Below the pieces are notes generated by a model, which saw nothing but the letters and a program-made list of their open reading frames with translations, had not been told where the DNA came from and made no database searches. 64,000 nucleotides of DNA from Balanoglossus misakiensis (taxonomy: Eukaryota; Animalia; Hemichordata): contig CM082577.2 in NCBI GenBank assembly GCA_040954595.2, positions 3,782,305-3,846,304 of the forward strand, written 5' to 3'. This document shows positions 52,254 through 64,000 of the stretch, in pieces (within the stretch, counting starts at the first letter, position 1; each line of letters starts with the position of its first letter). Made by a program: the position numbers and the translations under genes.

Positions 52254-53231
52254 GTTTGTGTCTCTATGATGGTTATAACGATCAAATGTTGCATCTTGTG
52301 GAGCGCGGTATATACGAGAGGATAAAGCTACTACTCATTACCCAATGATCATTGTTGGACTGTGCAGTCGTCTGCTTCCGGTTTGAACATTCGCGCTTGC
52401 CGCTGCACCGCATGGGGTACGGCAATAACAAATTACATTAAACATGCCAAAATTCTACTGGCTGTATGTCTTACTGGGTCGTCAATTTCCACAAACTGTT
52501 ATCCAATTAAATTCTCACCTGCCCTTAATTAAACCTTATTAAAGCAATATTGGCCGTGTCAGTTTTGATACGTCAATCCAGTGAATCTACTGAGTGGATT
52601 GGGAAATGCAATTTCAACCGACATTTTCAAAATGTCGTTATAAAAACGTGTCATGCTGTTCATACACGTCGGCTTCTAGTAGAATAAACTATGTATGCAG
52701 AGCGCTTTTGACGAACAATACAGATGCGGCACTGGGGGAATATTTATGAGCTCAAAACAGTTGCAGATTGATTGCCTCTGTGCAGACCTGTGTATTTTTT
52801 ATGATGGTAGTTTTTTGTGTTCGTTTTTTTAGGCTACCGTTTTTATTTTTTGTTCAGAATTTTTATTTGATGTAAATATTAATCGCCTTTTATGTACTTC
52901 AAATGTATCATCATAAAACATTTTCCAGTAGTCAAATTATTCGTACGCTAAGCGAGCTGTGGTAACTTGTTTTTCATTTTCTTTACCACAAATAAATCAT
53001 GTCAATTGTAAGAAAAATAATAACAAAATGTGCTACCACGATAGTCGTGTGGAGGCAAATCGACAACTGACGTACGGTTGCAATTTAGTGATTCTCTATT
53101 CACATTCAAAGCATGCATTACACTATTTTTAGCTCCGGGCTGCATTTCGGCCGCAAATAAAGTACACGATTGACCTATTAATCGCTTTACATATGACTGT
53201 TCTTTTTGTATACATTTTTTTCTGTTGTTAG

Positions 53232-53464
53232 GATATCTACAAACCATCGCGGACAAGTGGATGACAAACGTGTGCAACGACAAGAGGGAGAACAAACGCC
53301 TTCCCCTGGGTCTGGAGCACTCGTCCGGGGTTTTCTTGCTCCTCCTCGGGGGCTGCCTGGTTGCAGTCGTCGTCTTCTTTGTCGAACATTTTTTCTATAA
53401 ACGCCTCACGGAAAGGTTCAAGAAACGGGTCAAGAAGAGGGAGCTGGTCTCTTTGGTGGCACAA
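53232..53464 (+). CDS. GRIN2: GluN2-like coding exon 9: end of S2, M4 helix and proximal C-tail
   Basis: GYLQTIADKWMTNVC..LGLEHSSGVFLLLLGGCLVAVVVFFVEHFFYKRL..LVSLVAQ; ttag| acceptor, CAA|GTACGT donor, phase 1/0. Confidence 0.94.
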
Positions 53465-53590
53465 GTACGTACTTCTGTTAACAGGCTCTGAGATAAGAGT
53501 CTGCAGCAGTCGTATACAACTGTCGCATTATGAACAAAATACATCTTTGTACGACAAACGGACAAGGAGAGACTCCGCATATGCCTTCGC

Positions 53591-53770
53591 TACACGGTCA
53601 CCCCCAATTTACATGGCAAGAATGACGTATGAGTGTTTTAAAGAATATATGGTGGTGCTCTTTTTACGCATGTGCCCCCCCCCCCCCCAACCACTGGAAA
53701 TCTGTAATTGGCTAGATCTCAATTTGCCATGGTAACTGTAGCTAAATTTCCATAGGTGATCGTATATCTT
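53591..53770 (-). mobile_element. MITE family A, copy 2 (intron 9), inverted relative to copy 1
   Basis: CCACTGGAAATCTGTAATTGGCTAGATCTCAATTTGCCATGGTAACTGTAGCTAAATTT..TAGGTGATCGTATATCTT is the reverse complement, with scattered mismatches, of ~50111-50197. Confidence 0.72.
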
Positions 53771-53771
53771 C

Positions 53772-53930
53772 AAAGGAACATGGTTATTTTTGCAAATTTA
53801 TGCACAGTTCCCATGGCAATTTAAATCTAGCCCATTTCAGTTTTGTTTTTTGTAGGGGCGCCCGAATTGGCCATTCGAAGACTTGGACACGCCATATGAA
53901 CATACATGTACGGATAAATGTAAATAGTAG
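53772..53930 (+). mobile_element. MITE family A, copy 3 (intron 9), degenerate, abutting copy 2 in opposite orientation
   Basis: GCAAATTTATGCACAGTTCCCATGGCAATTTAAATCTAGCC and GCGCCC..CATTCGAAGA match copy 1 in the same orientation. Confidence 0.6.
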
Positions 53931-54038
53931 CACTTTGGCCAAAATCACCACCAGAGTGAATTGGCCCCGTGAGACTAAAGTAATCAAACTCATATGATGA
54001 ATTGAGGGTGACAGGTCTTTTTTCTTATTAATATCAAG

Positions 54039-54175
54039 GCAATGGCAGACAGAATGTATAAGCACCACACCTTGCACTCGACGTGCGGTAACAAAAATTG
54101 CATGAAACTTCATGAAGAACTTGAAGAGGCCTTGAACAGAGTACACCAGTTGGAAGATTTACTTAATTGGCACTC
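54039..54175 (+). CDS. GRIN2: GluN2-like coding exon 10: C-tail His/Cys motif and coiled-coil-like segment
   Basis: Too short for the ORF track. Acceptor tctttttttcttattaatatcaag|GCA, translation AMADRMYKHHTLHSTCGNKNCMKLHEELEEALNRVHQLEDLLNWHS, perfect donor TC|GTAAGT. Phase 0/2 exactly bridges exons 9 and 11. Confidence 0.82.
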
Positions 54176-54908
54176 GTAAGTATTAATTCGCGTCGTTTCA
54201 ACTGGAGAGTTCATTGTGAATTCAGAAGCCGGCCACGTCATTGACCGACTTCGAGGCCAGGTAGTCGTTCAGCAGTTGCTGAGAAACGAAAGGTTTTTTG
54301 CAGACAAAGCCTCGAAGGTGATAATCTGCAGGATTATCGATTTGACTTGCAAAACCTTGTGCTGTCTATATATAAGGCTTTCCCTTCAGGTCTGAGAGAG
54401 AGAATACATGCATGTACATGTATACTGCAAACAATTTGAGCATAAGCCCACTGTTACAGTAGCTTTCCATCTTAGCATGATCGACCGTATGTAAAAAAGG
54501 CTTAGCCGAAATGAAGTGAGATCTGGGTCTTGAAATGCGTTAATTTGGCCGCGTGGGAAAATGCACAATGTGTTTGATTGTCGTCTGAATCCGTGGAAAG
54601 TATCCGATTACGCCCTCTGGGTATTGTAGTTTTCATATTAATTCATTTCTTTCCAGAATTCATTGTACAGGCTAATATTAGGCGTTTCTTCAATGTGCCA
54701 TTCCCTGTAATAGTTTTGTATGACCTTTGGACGACCGTTGTGTTACAATTTTGACGTTAGGAGCTATTACTCATGTCTGAACGTTTCTTCACTGATTTAA
54801 TTCTATTATTCCCTCCAATATTTTATGACATATTGATAAGTGGGACTGTGTCATCGACAATGACTTATTTCAAATATAATACTATATGTCACCTTTTTTC
54901 CTTGATAG

Positions 54909-55098
54909 AAATGGTCCTGTGCCCTCTTCAACGTCCACTCGACATACAAGAGGAAGTATATACAGTCTGGAAGACATCAGCAGAAACATCAACTCTTTCA
55001 GACCTAATCACGTCAGAAGTAAACGAGAAAAGATTATTTTCAGCGATGACAGTGACAGCATGAGCGAGGAGGTCGTTGACAGAGAAACGACTGTTTAA
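54909..55098 (+). CDS. GRIN2: GluN2-like terminal coding exon 11, ending in the class I PDZ ligand -ETTV*
   Basis: Acceptor ccttttttccttgatag|A (phase 2); NGPVPSSTSTRHTRGSIYSLEDI...EEVVDRETTV-TAA. The E-[S/T]-x-V terminus is characteristic of GluN2. Confidence 0.88.
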
Positions 55099-55117
55099 AA
55101 TGACAGCCATGCCTGGC

Positions 55118-55123
55118 AATAAA
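55118..55123 (+). promoter_or_regulatory. Candidate proximal polyadenylation signal
   Basis: AATAAA about 20 nt after the stop codon, followed by a T/GT-rich stretch. More distal sites are also possible. Confidence 0.35.
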
Positions 55124-58100
55124 TACCTTGTCTTCCCTTGTAAAGTATAAAAAATATACAGTATGAAAATCGTACCTTTACAGATAGTGAAAAAAGAGAT
55201 GCATACATTTGATTTTTAGATGATATATGCAATACAAATACGCGGAGATGTCATTGTTTGCCACGCCCTAATATTTTATCGTTTGTGAAGAAGACACAAG
55301 TTTACTCAGGCATTCACATTCGTTTTCATCTTCATCTCGTAGAGAAGGTTTTTTTTTCAATTCAGAATCATATGCCGTTCTGTTGGTGTGTTCGTCGTGC
55401 AAGCCGCATAGTCTGTACACAAAATCCAGTGGTTTACACATTTTACACATGGAAACACGTTTTCATAATTTTCTGAAAACTCTATCATCGGTCTGTGTGA
55501 CGCGTGCAGCGGTTGAGTGGAATACGACAGGACCATAGCAGTAGAATTGCCGCCATTTTGTGTGGAATTACCCAAGACGGGATTGTAATACGCTTTAGGC
55601 GCTCATCGGTTGGAAAGACACCGCTACCTGGAGTTGTGCCGGGAAAAGAGCCACTCGCAACAGACCGACACAACGATTCATTGTCTCCAGTAGGCGTCTA
55701 CTGCGATACGCTGGGAGAGATAAATCAGTCGCATTGTTGTCCTTAAAACTAATTAGCTCCAAGAACGTCGAGTGTAATACTACTCCGGTGGAAATACTTT
55801 GTACTTGAAGCCTGTATCTTCAATCGACAACTAATATTTGTGTGATATGACGCGTCCATCTCCAACGGAGTACCTTACTTAAGTTGTCCATAACTCGTGT
55901 GAAATTATACACTTCGACTTCAAGAGGATTATCCATGCCCAGATTGCAGACACGCCGCCAATTACGATATTCTTATTGGCCATGTCTATAAATAAATCGC
56001 TTCGAACTTATCGAAGTTCGAAATTTTCTGCCGCCAAACTGAAACAGTATAAATAATGGAATAAGGAAGAACAACGAAGCCCGATTTTTGTTGTTCAATT
56101 GGAGTTTGTCACCAGGACGCTGTTTTGATCAGCGATGACGAAGGGATTATATCTAACCACATGATTTAGAGACGTCAAGACATTCACTTTTCATTATTAA
56201 CTGCTCATAGGCAACTTTCGTCGGGGAATTCGTGGACATAAAAGCAAGAATACAGAAGATGGAGACCTCGATCGATGGAAACGTCGTCTGGTAAATTGCC
56301 CACAATGCGCAGCTGGTCTCGAGTACTCGGAACCATACCAAGGACGCGTGATCACGTGACGTAAAATTCCTCTGCAAACCAGTTTTAGATCTATATGGAA
56401 GATGCAAGAGAGCCAGGATACATAATTTATAAAGATGACTTTTTGAAGCCAGAACATTTTGCTGTAACTTCGCACGAGCCATTGAGAACAGATTGTTTTC
56501 CAGTCAACTACCGTTTTTTTCTTTGTGTTAATTATACGTGCTTCGACGGCTAGCGGAACGTGTGTTTCTAGCAAACATTGAATGTAAATAACTAATTATT
56601 TCTCAAATTACAAATTTTACCACTTGGAATGTTTTTCTTTTTAATATACAAAATATTTGCATACAGTTTGGCAAAATCGAAATTACATCACAGCATTACG
56701 AAGTACCAGATCCTGATTCTTATTCCATAAAACAAGTTAAAGCCTCCAATGGATCAAGTTTATTTAGCCAATGTGTCGATTTTGTATGTCGTTTCTGTTT
56801 TCGTATAGAGTTGAATTTTATGTTTCTACGAAAACAATTAAAATGATTTGACTCAAAAGGGTTGTCAATTAGGCGTCAGTTTCTCTAATTGAACACATAG
56901 GTAACACCTGTGTGCACCAAAACTGACCGAGCAGCCATCTTTTTTTACTTTCTTTCTTTGCTGTAATTGGCCAATCAGTGTCCAGCCCTCACGACAATCA
57001 GGCAAACAGCGCCCTCAATTGACACCGATGAGAATATACTACTAAATCGAGTTTGTGGAGATATTTCTCTGAACTATATCGTTAAAGAATTTGGTGAAGT
57101 TATACCACCTGTTAGTTTTATCTGAGACTGGCACTTTTCGAAATCACAACTATGAGCATCGTGACCGATCGTAAAACGTAGGGAAGAGTTCTGTCCGACA
57201 TCATGAGCGAAATTTTGCGAGCTCTCTGCAATAATGTTACCGGGAGCTATCTTATCGAAACTCTATGTAGTACCGTACATTTCAGTTGTCAGTATAATTG
57301 ATACTCCAGGATACTCTTTCGTTTAACTCTATTCCCGACTAGCTGAATTTCAGTCATAACATTATATGAACAGCTCTAACCTGAAAAGCTTGACGACTTG
57401 GTCTCCTAAATATGATGCGTGTTTTTTAACTTTGCCAATTTCGTCTCTGCAAGTACTTTTTTACGATTATTGGGATTAATGAAATCCACCACGAATCAGT
57501 CATTATAGCAATTATACACCAACCTGACGACATTTACGTAATATTAAACCGACGCCAACCTATACCTTGGTTTCCTGGGCTGTATATAACGGCCATATAT
57601 CCATTCCCCGCATTATACTGATAAGATATTATCACTATGACAGTTCATTTAGCCGACACTGAAAAGATATGCAATATCCAGCCAGCAGACATTTTCTTTA
57701 ACTTTCCAGACTGATTTATTTTATAATTACCACTCCGGTAATTTAACCTGATGAGATTTCGAGTCGTAATTACCGCTATAATTTAATGAGGTAGCCGAAT
57801 GCTTTCGGCTATCTCCTTTTTGCCCCAATTATAACATCAGCTTTCCTTCGTGTCGACGCCTCTCTGCATTGCCGCATCGCCTTAGTTACTAGCCATCGGG
57901 GGGGGGGGGGGGGGGGGGTGATGAAAACACTGTGATGAACCACGGAATTAGCGTATACTACACATAATGTGTCAGCTGTTGAAATCATTTTTGGCAATGT
58001 TTATCAGCTGATTTTAAAGTTGGTACAGCGTACAGCTCAATAAGCCGTCAATATAATGTAGTCTTCCCACTACCAGCATATTTACAATACTGTATGCATT

Positions 58101-58569
58101 TATGCATGTTTATTTATCCATCAAAATAATGTTGACAGGAAAATTCCACTGTGCAAGAGATTTGCATACTGGGGGGAAATATTATGACATACTATTGCAC
58201 CGTTGAACGATTTGGCGAGGTCGTCACGGTTGAAAACTACTGCTACATTTCACCATCATGCATTGCAGGCGATTTAGGCTTACTGGCGTGTAATTTATGG
58301 AAAAGGGTATATAAGGGGTCACGTAGAAACAGGTTGATGCACTGATTGTGAATTTAACTGCACGTTGGGCGGATCACTCCAGCGTTTCATGCATGTCGTT
58401 CACGCAGAGCTTCGTCCCAACGTATACCTGCGCCACAAATGTGTTGCCTGAACAAATATTCCAAAGCTTGGTGTCAAATTTGAACACAATCGGTCCAACA
58501 ATGTGCCATCAATATCAAAATGGCTGTCGAGTGGCCATATTAATTGGAATCGGAAAACAACGTTAACGT

Positions 58570-58682
58570 AGGGCACTTTTCTCGCGTGACCATCAAATGA
58601 TAATGTGTGATTGGCTAGATTTCTGCTTTCCATCATGATGGTAACTGTGGCCAACTCTAATTAGGTGACCGTATACCTTTAA
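58570..58682 (-). mobile_element. MITE family A, copy 4 (partial, downstream of gene)
   Basis: TGTGATTGGCTAGATTTC..ATGGTAACTGTGGCCAA..TTAGGTGACCGTATACCTTTAA matches the end of copy 2 and the reverse complement of the copy 1 terminus. Confidence 0.65.
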
Positions 58683-61600
58683 GGGGGTGCCACTAATAAC
58701 AAAGCCACACAGAGCCACATGTATCAAAAAGAAACCATGCTTTACACTGCATATTTTCAGGGACATCAAAAATAATTTGTTAACACAGTCGATGAACCTG
58801 CATTGCTGGTTTACGAAAAGAATATGGAACTATTATAGCGAATCCGACTGCAATATTCATAAAGTGTACGTGTCCCTTAATCCCGTTTCCAATTAAAACG
58901 AAATTGCGTTACGTCTCATAGAGGTAAATTGATTAACTGGGATTATTAATAGATCGAATAATTAGCAGATCTCAATGTCAACTTTGAGTGTGATCTGCCA
59001 AATAAATTAACAAGAATTGTACCTTTGTGCATTGCAATCCAGCATTTTCGTTCTGTTTCTAATTTTCCCCATTTTCTTCTTTTAATGCCAACGGCAATGT
59101 GAAAGAGCTAGGGCATTGAGACCTGAATTTTGAGTGAGCAACACGCATGATGTGGCTGCGTCAGCTGGCTAAGGCATTGAATATAAAATTTTACCTGCGC
59201 GTGCTGTGGCAAGTGGTACAAGGGGCTGTAGTTGAGAAATACAATTGTAAACTTTTAAAAAAAAATGATTTTGATAGTATATGTTAAATTAACATTAAGA
59301 TACTGAGTTTTGCTCTTAATAGTTAATGAAAATTAGTGTTATACAGCGCAATACTGTAGTTGAGTCACCGTCATACATCAAATATTGATAAGCTAAACTA
59401 TAGAAAGATAATAGAAAGATAAACAGAAAACATCCACACTTTGACAAACATTATAGTGAAAATGTCTTAAAATGGCGAAATGACTCTGAAAATTTAACAT
59501 TACATTACATTACAGTAAGATAATTATATATTATGCATATCGGATAAAATGTGTGCAAGATTTCAGGACTGTGACAGGCGTGCATTCCTTCAAAATGAAC
59601 TGATTATGTGAATTTTTTCACCCAACCGACTGATGCAGACAGCGCAGCTTCGTTGGCCTATAAATATTATTATAATTATGCCGAGCTATTTACGCGATTG
59701 GATACTGAGCTGTTATCTATATTGAATCAGCGACATCTCGACGTTGACACAGTCGCCCTTGTGTTTTCCGAGCCGTAGCGCGAGGACCATGTGACAACAT
59801 ACTTTTTAGGAGCAGCACAGTCATGTCGAAGCTTTAATCTAGACTTGGGCGCGACTTCGATAATCGAACCAGCTCGTCATTGCGGCAGTCTGGACAATTT
59901 CGCTACTGCAAGAGGTAAGCTACAGAACTAGCGATATGGCACAGTATCTGCCGTCTGTGTTGCTCTGCACACAATCTATACATACGGCGCCACCACCACC
60001 ACCATCATCATCGACATACCACGCTGACACTATCAATTTCCGAACTCTTGCATGAAACGTCAACACATGTTGTAGACATTGTCCTTAAAGTGGCAGGGTG
60101 ACATACCACCCTCGTTTAAATTGAAGAGGTCTGTCGGGCAGGCTTTGGCCCCTTGTCAAACGGCATCATTCCATTCATAATTTAAAATTGTGCGTATACA
60201 TATACGCGTTGACAGTAATATAACAAACACAAGATATGTACCCACAATGCGAAAATTTTCTACAATGAAAACAAAATAACACAAGATCTGGTAGTATGTG
60301 AGACGCAATGTATGTGAAATTAAGCCACAACGTCAAATTAGGTTATTATTTGGCTATTTTTTTTCAATAATTTGGAATATTTATCGTCCGCATACTATTA
60401 CCTGGTACGTTTTGTATTCTGTTGTCAGTGCTACCGTAGTATCTGTAGTGTATTATTGTATGGTATTGTTGTACGGTACTCATAGTACAAGCCATTAACA
60501 CAAACAAATCCAGCTGGACCTTTTCATATGGTAAATCATACCCATTTCGAAAAAAAGTGACGAATATTGCTAACTTATAAAGCACAGATTTGAATATAGC
60601 CTGTTAACATCGGAGTAAATCGTGTTTGCTTTCATGTAGATTACCAGCATTGCTTAAAGCTGGTGCATATGTGGCATTTTCCAATGGTGTAATTTGGGAT
60701 GATATTTCCTTCAAATCCTATTATTTCATGTCACAATTCACCTAATAGATTAGCTTTTATGTGGTTTTCACCCTAACACCTCGATGCGAAACCAAATCCC
60801 GATTATATACCGTTAATATCCCTGTTTATGAAATGACACTGGCTAAAGATACATGTAGGAGATAAAAGTTTTAAGGTTGTTCACTGTGTGCGGGAATAAC
60901 ACGAGAAATTGTGTTTAAACTCATGCTTTTCAGCTTTGTCGGCAATTCTATGGCACGATAAATCTGTTCCTCCGGGCATAACGCTGAGCTGAAATTGGGT
61001 ATTATCGTGTTATGGTCATGTCAATGTAGGAAGTAACTGTTTTTGCGAGGGGCAAAGTCGTCATAATTCTTTAGTTATTGGATCAGTTTATTAACACAGA
61101 ATGGTGCTGTGGAAAATTTGCGGTTGGCTAATGTATCCCAAAGACTCACATGATGCTTGCGTATAAAAAAAAAAAAAAGCTGTTATGAAACTGACATATG
61201 TGCTTGGTATGATTGGGTTTGAAGTTTTTAAAAATCTTGCAAACTGACATGCTTAAAACTGACATCCGTATCATGCAACAGCTTGTGAATAATTGCCAAA
61301 GTTTATTTTTTACGATGGATGTGAAAGCCCATCGCTTGTGCACAAAACGTCCAACATGTGTACAGGATGACTGCATCTGTTTAAAGACAACAGACCGTAA
61401 TATTTACTTTTCAGTGTAATTAGTTTAGAGTGTAAACACGAGCAGACTTTGTATATAGAAGGCTGTCGTGGTACTGTATACTACTGATGAGACTGAGACA
61501 CTGTTGTCTCCAGCCACCGCGCATGTCAGAAATCTTGCAAACACTGAGTGCCAGTGGGACCATGCACATGCACTGTGGTGAATCGATGGCCTATCTGTGT

Positions 61601-64000
61601 TTCTCTCTCCAACCTTGTCGTGGAGCGAAATGCAGGCGATCATGTCAGTCTGTAGCAAGGCAACGGACGTCTAGCAAAACATACGGCGCACGCAAGGGAG
61701 CAGATTGCAAAATATGGTGGCAGATATCCAGTAGAATATATCGAACATATATACGTGTACTTTGCCAGACTCGTCGGCGACTCTTGCTGCTGATGACCCT
61801 TCGGGCTAACAATAGACGAGTGCGACATCGTATAAAAACAGATAATACCTGCCAATTTAAATGGGCCTTCCCAGAATAAATATTGAACACATCGATAAAT
61901 CAACGTCCACATAGCGTCATTGTATAAGTACGTCAAAGAAACAGGCCACGAACAGTCATTTGAATGGTAATGTTAAGCAACGAAAGTTTGGAAGTCGTGC
62001 AATTACAAAGCCAACATCTTAGTCGTGCGATTGGTTTAATTCATTGGAAATTGTCAAGAGAGAATAAGTGTCAGAAGCTGCCACACGTTCTGTTTCAACA
62101 CGTGCAGCGACAACTGTAAGCGACGCGGGAATCCAATAAAGTAATTGCTTTGAATGTTACGTAATGACAGTAAATGGATCATGTGGACTGTTGCAATAAT
62201 TTATGAGGGGTTTAGGTTTATAGGCAGTATAACTTAAGTGTTAATAATTTGAACCTTTGACTTAAGAATATATATATCAGTATCCTTTCATGTTGGATGA
62301 CCACATTTTGGTTTTTAAATCTCATTTGCATATTTTGTGTTTAAAGTGCCCAGTTTGATTTCAGTTTGATGAAAGTCAATTTCATCGTGCATGCTCTGTC
62401 TAGAGTATGACGAATTGCAAAGGACACGTTCGCTTGTAAGTTTATATTACCAAGGCTCAGAACATATGAACTAGACTCGCTTGTTAATACCTTGAACCTG
62501 AGAATGACGAAGCCGCTGGCAACGAGCGACTCTCTGTCGTGACCTCGTCGCTCCCAGAGTTTCAAGGTCTGACAAGCGAGACCAATCATGGCACGTCTCT
62601 ACATAGAATTCGCTGTACGGAATTATTCCCGGAACCATACCTTATAATTATGATCTGGCAGATGAAGTTAACTTGTTCTGTGGCGGTGTCGTTCCACTTG
62701 CACTTCGTGTGATATTTTATTCCTGCTTTATTTTCCACGCTGTGGAATTAGCACGGATAGCCTGAGGCGCGCAACTTTGAAGCGTGACTTTCTACTCGCG
62801 TCGAGTCTTCTAACATTGCACCAAAGAAATTGGCGGTACAATTACAGTTGGCTATTCCCCATGGCAAGACTGCCTCTCTGCAAAATCATGACACGATGTA
62901 ACACAGATGGAGAACATCATTCATTAGCCACCATGTTTTCAGGGGTATATTATACTGTGGCCAGTCCTGTGTCGTGTCAGAAATTACACAATCCACGTGT
63001 TAAACCCGATCGAGCCACTAAAGTTAAATTAGTATTATTCGCAGTTGTGTACGGTATATTTAAAATGGTGATCAGCTAGGTTTACTATACATATGATACT
63101 ACTAAACTCCTTACTAATAGCACAGTCCCCCTATAATACTAAGAGGTACAGTGTACATGTACTGGGCAAATAGTTAAAATTCAAAATGGCCGCCTTTAAG
63201 TGCCGCACAGTGTCTCCTTTGAAATGAATATAATCGCAGTGCATCCATGTCGTCACGTAGTGGTTGCTTAATTAGGCACGTGTGCACGGGTCACTCGGCT
63301 TCCTGTTATGGAGCAAGGCCCAGACGATTGACAGTTCGTCAACCACTTCAGAATATCAATTAAACATTGGCACTTTAACGATGTGATGGAACTAAGAGAG
63401 GGCCTACTTTATCAACTGTGAAAAACGCTTGTCTTAAGTGCATTGACGGCCATGAGACAGTAGTGTTATATTATTGAATTTTCACATTTTTAAATCATTC
63501 ACACTTTTAATGCATATTTTTGACCGTTGTATCACACCCAGTCAACTGAATTCCATTCAAAATGGCGACCTCTTGACATATTAATCTACATGTATGCAAG
63601 GTACAATACAGCATTCTAAGGTTTCAACGAAGTGCTGCTCTATTTGTCCTACTACTTCAGACTGTCAAGAGGCATGATGATTTAATTGTTTTTGCCCCAG
63701 TCATTCCGGTTGTGCGGAGTTAGTCACATTAATCAGCATTATTCCAAAGCAAATCTTTGAAACTTGATATTGTGTTTACTCAAATCTAAACTTCAAACAC
63801 ACGCAATGGGATCGCAAAACCTACACAAGAAAGATATTCCCGTGCCAAATATCGAGTTAAAATGTCTGTGGCTTTTCAATGTTTTGAATCTCAAAATTTT
63901 AGCAGATGTAGTTATTGAGTAAAAAAAGTGTGATCAAGATGTGATCAAGATACATGTAGATAATTATTGACCAAGAGCTGACAGTGTTCAATCATGAACT

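Larger units (their letters stand above)
20627..55098 (+). other. GRIN2: Complete gene model: NMDA receptor GluN2-like subunit, 11 coding exons, 994 aa. join(20627..21109,34216..34956,47264..47466,48889..49196,49586..49711,50372..50592,50845..51005,52072..52253,53232..53464,54039..54175,54909..55098)
   Basis: All introns are GT..AG with polypyrimidine tracts. Phases 0,0,2,1,1,0,2,1,0,2 join into one open frame of 2985 nt. GluN2-type motifs appear in the right order: CCxGxCIDIL, WNGMIG, FMETGISVMV, AFLAPF, WALLFNNTVP, YTANL, IQE, LDAFIY, GVF..EH and a terminal ETTV. Confidence 0.93.

Noticed and set aside
20627-55098. Pseudogene interpretation of the divergent receptor
   Set aside because: No frameshifts or stops across 11 exons; splice sites, cysteines, pore and PDZ terminus are intact.

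Overview
Eukaryotic, intron-rich, moderately AT-rich genomic DNA. It is probably from a marine invertebrate (deuterostome-like; this is an inference from the frequent TACATGTA words, the MITE types and the vertebrate-like exon layout). The window holds one complete protein-coding gene on the + strand: an NMDA-type ionotropic glutamate receptor GluN2 (GRIN2-like) subunit. I assembled it by hand from 11 GT-AG, phase-compatible coding exons (20627-55098; 2985 nt, 994 aa plus stop). It encodes a signal peptide, ATD, S1, M1-M2-M3, S2, M4 and a short C-tail ending in the PDZ ligand ETTV. The most striking point is that the gene is intact and keeps the vertebrate-type N/N+1 pore, yet several core glutamate-binding residues are replaced (GluN2A T513>Q, S689>M, T690>I, D731>G, H485>F) and the gate reads MYTANLVAH instead of SYTANLAAF. 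This suggests a subunit with a different ligand or none. RNA-level oddities include a perfect recursive-splice-type junction (CAG|GTGAGT) at the first coding exon, an in-frame uORF, a stop-free in-frame intron, and inverted MITE copies flanking the channel exons. The first ~20 kb, the two 12-13 kb introns and the last ~9 kb are non-coding apart from small repeats and MITEs. No prokaryotic systems, RNA genes or CRISPR arrays were seen.
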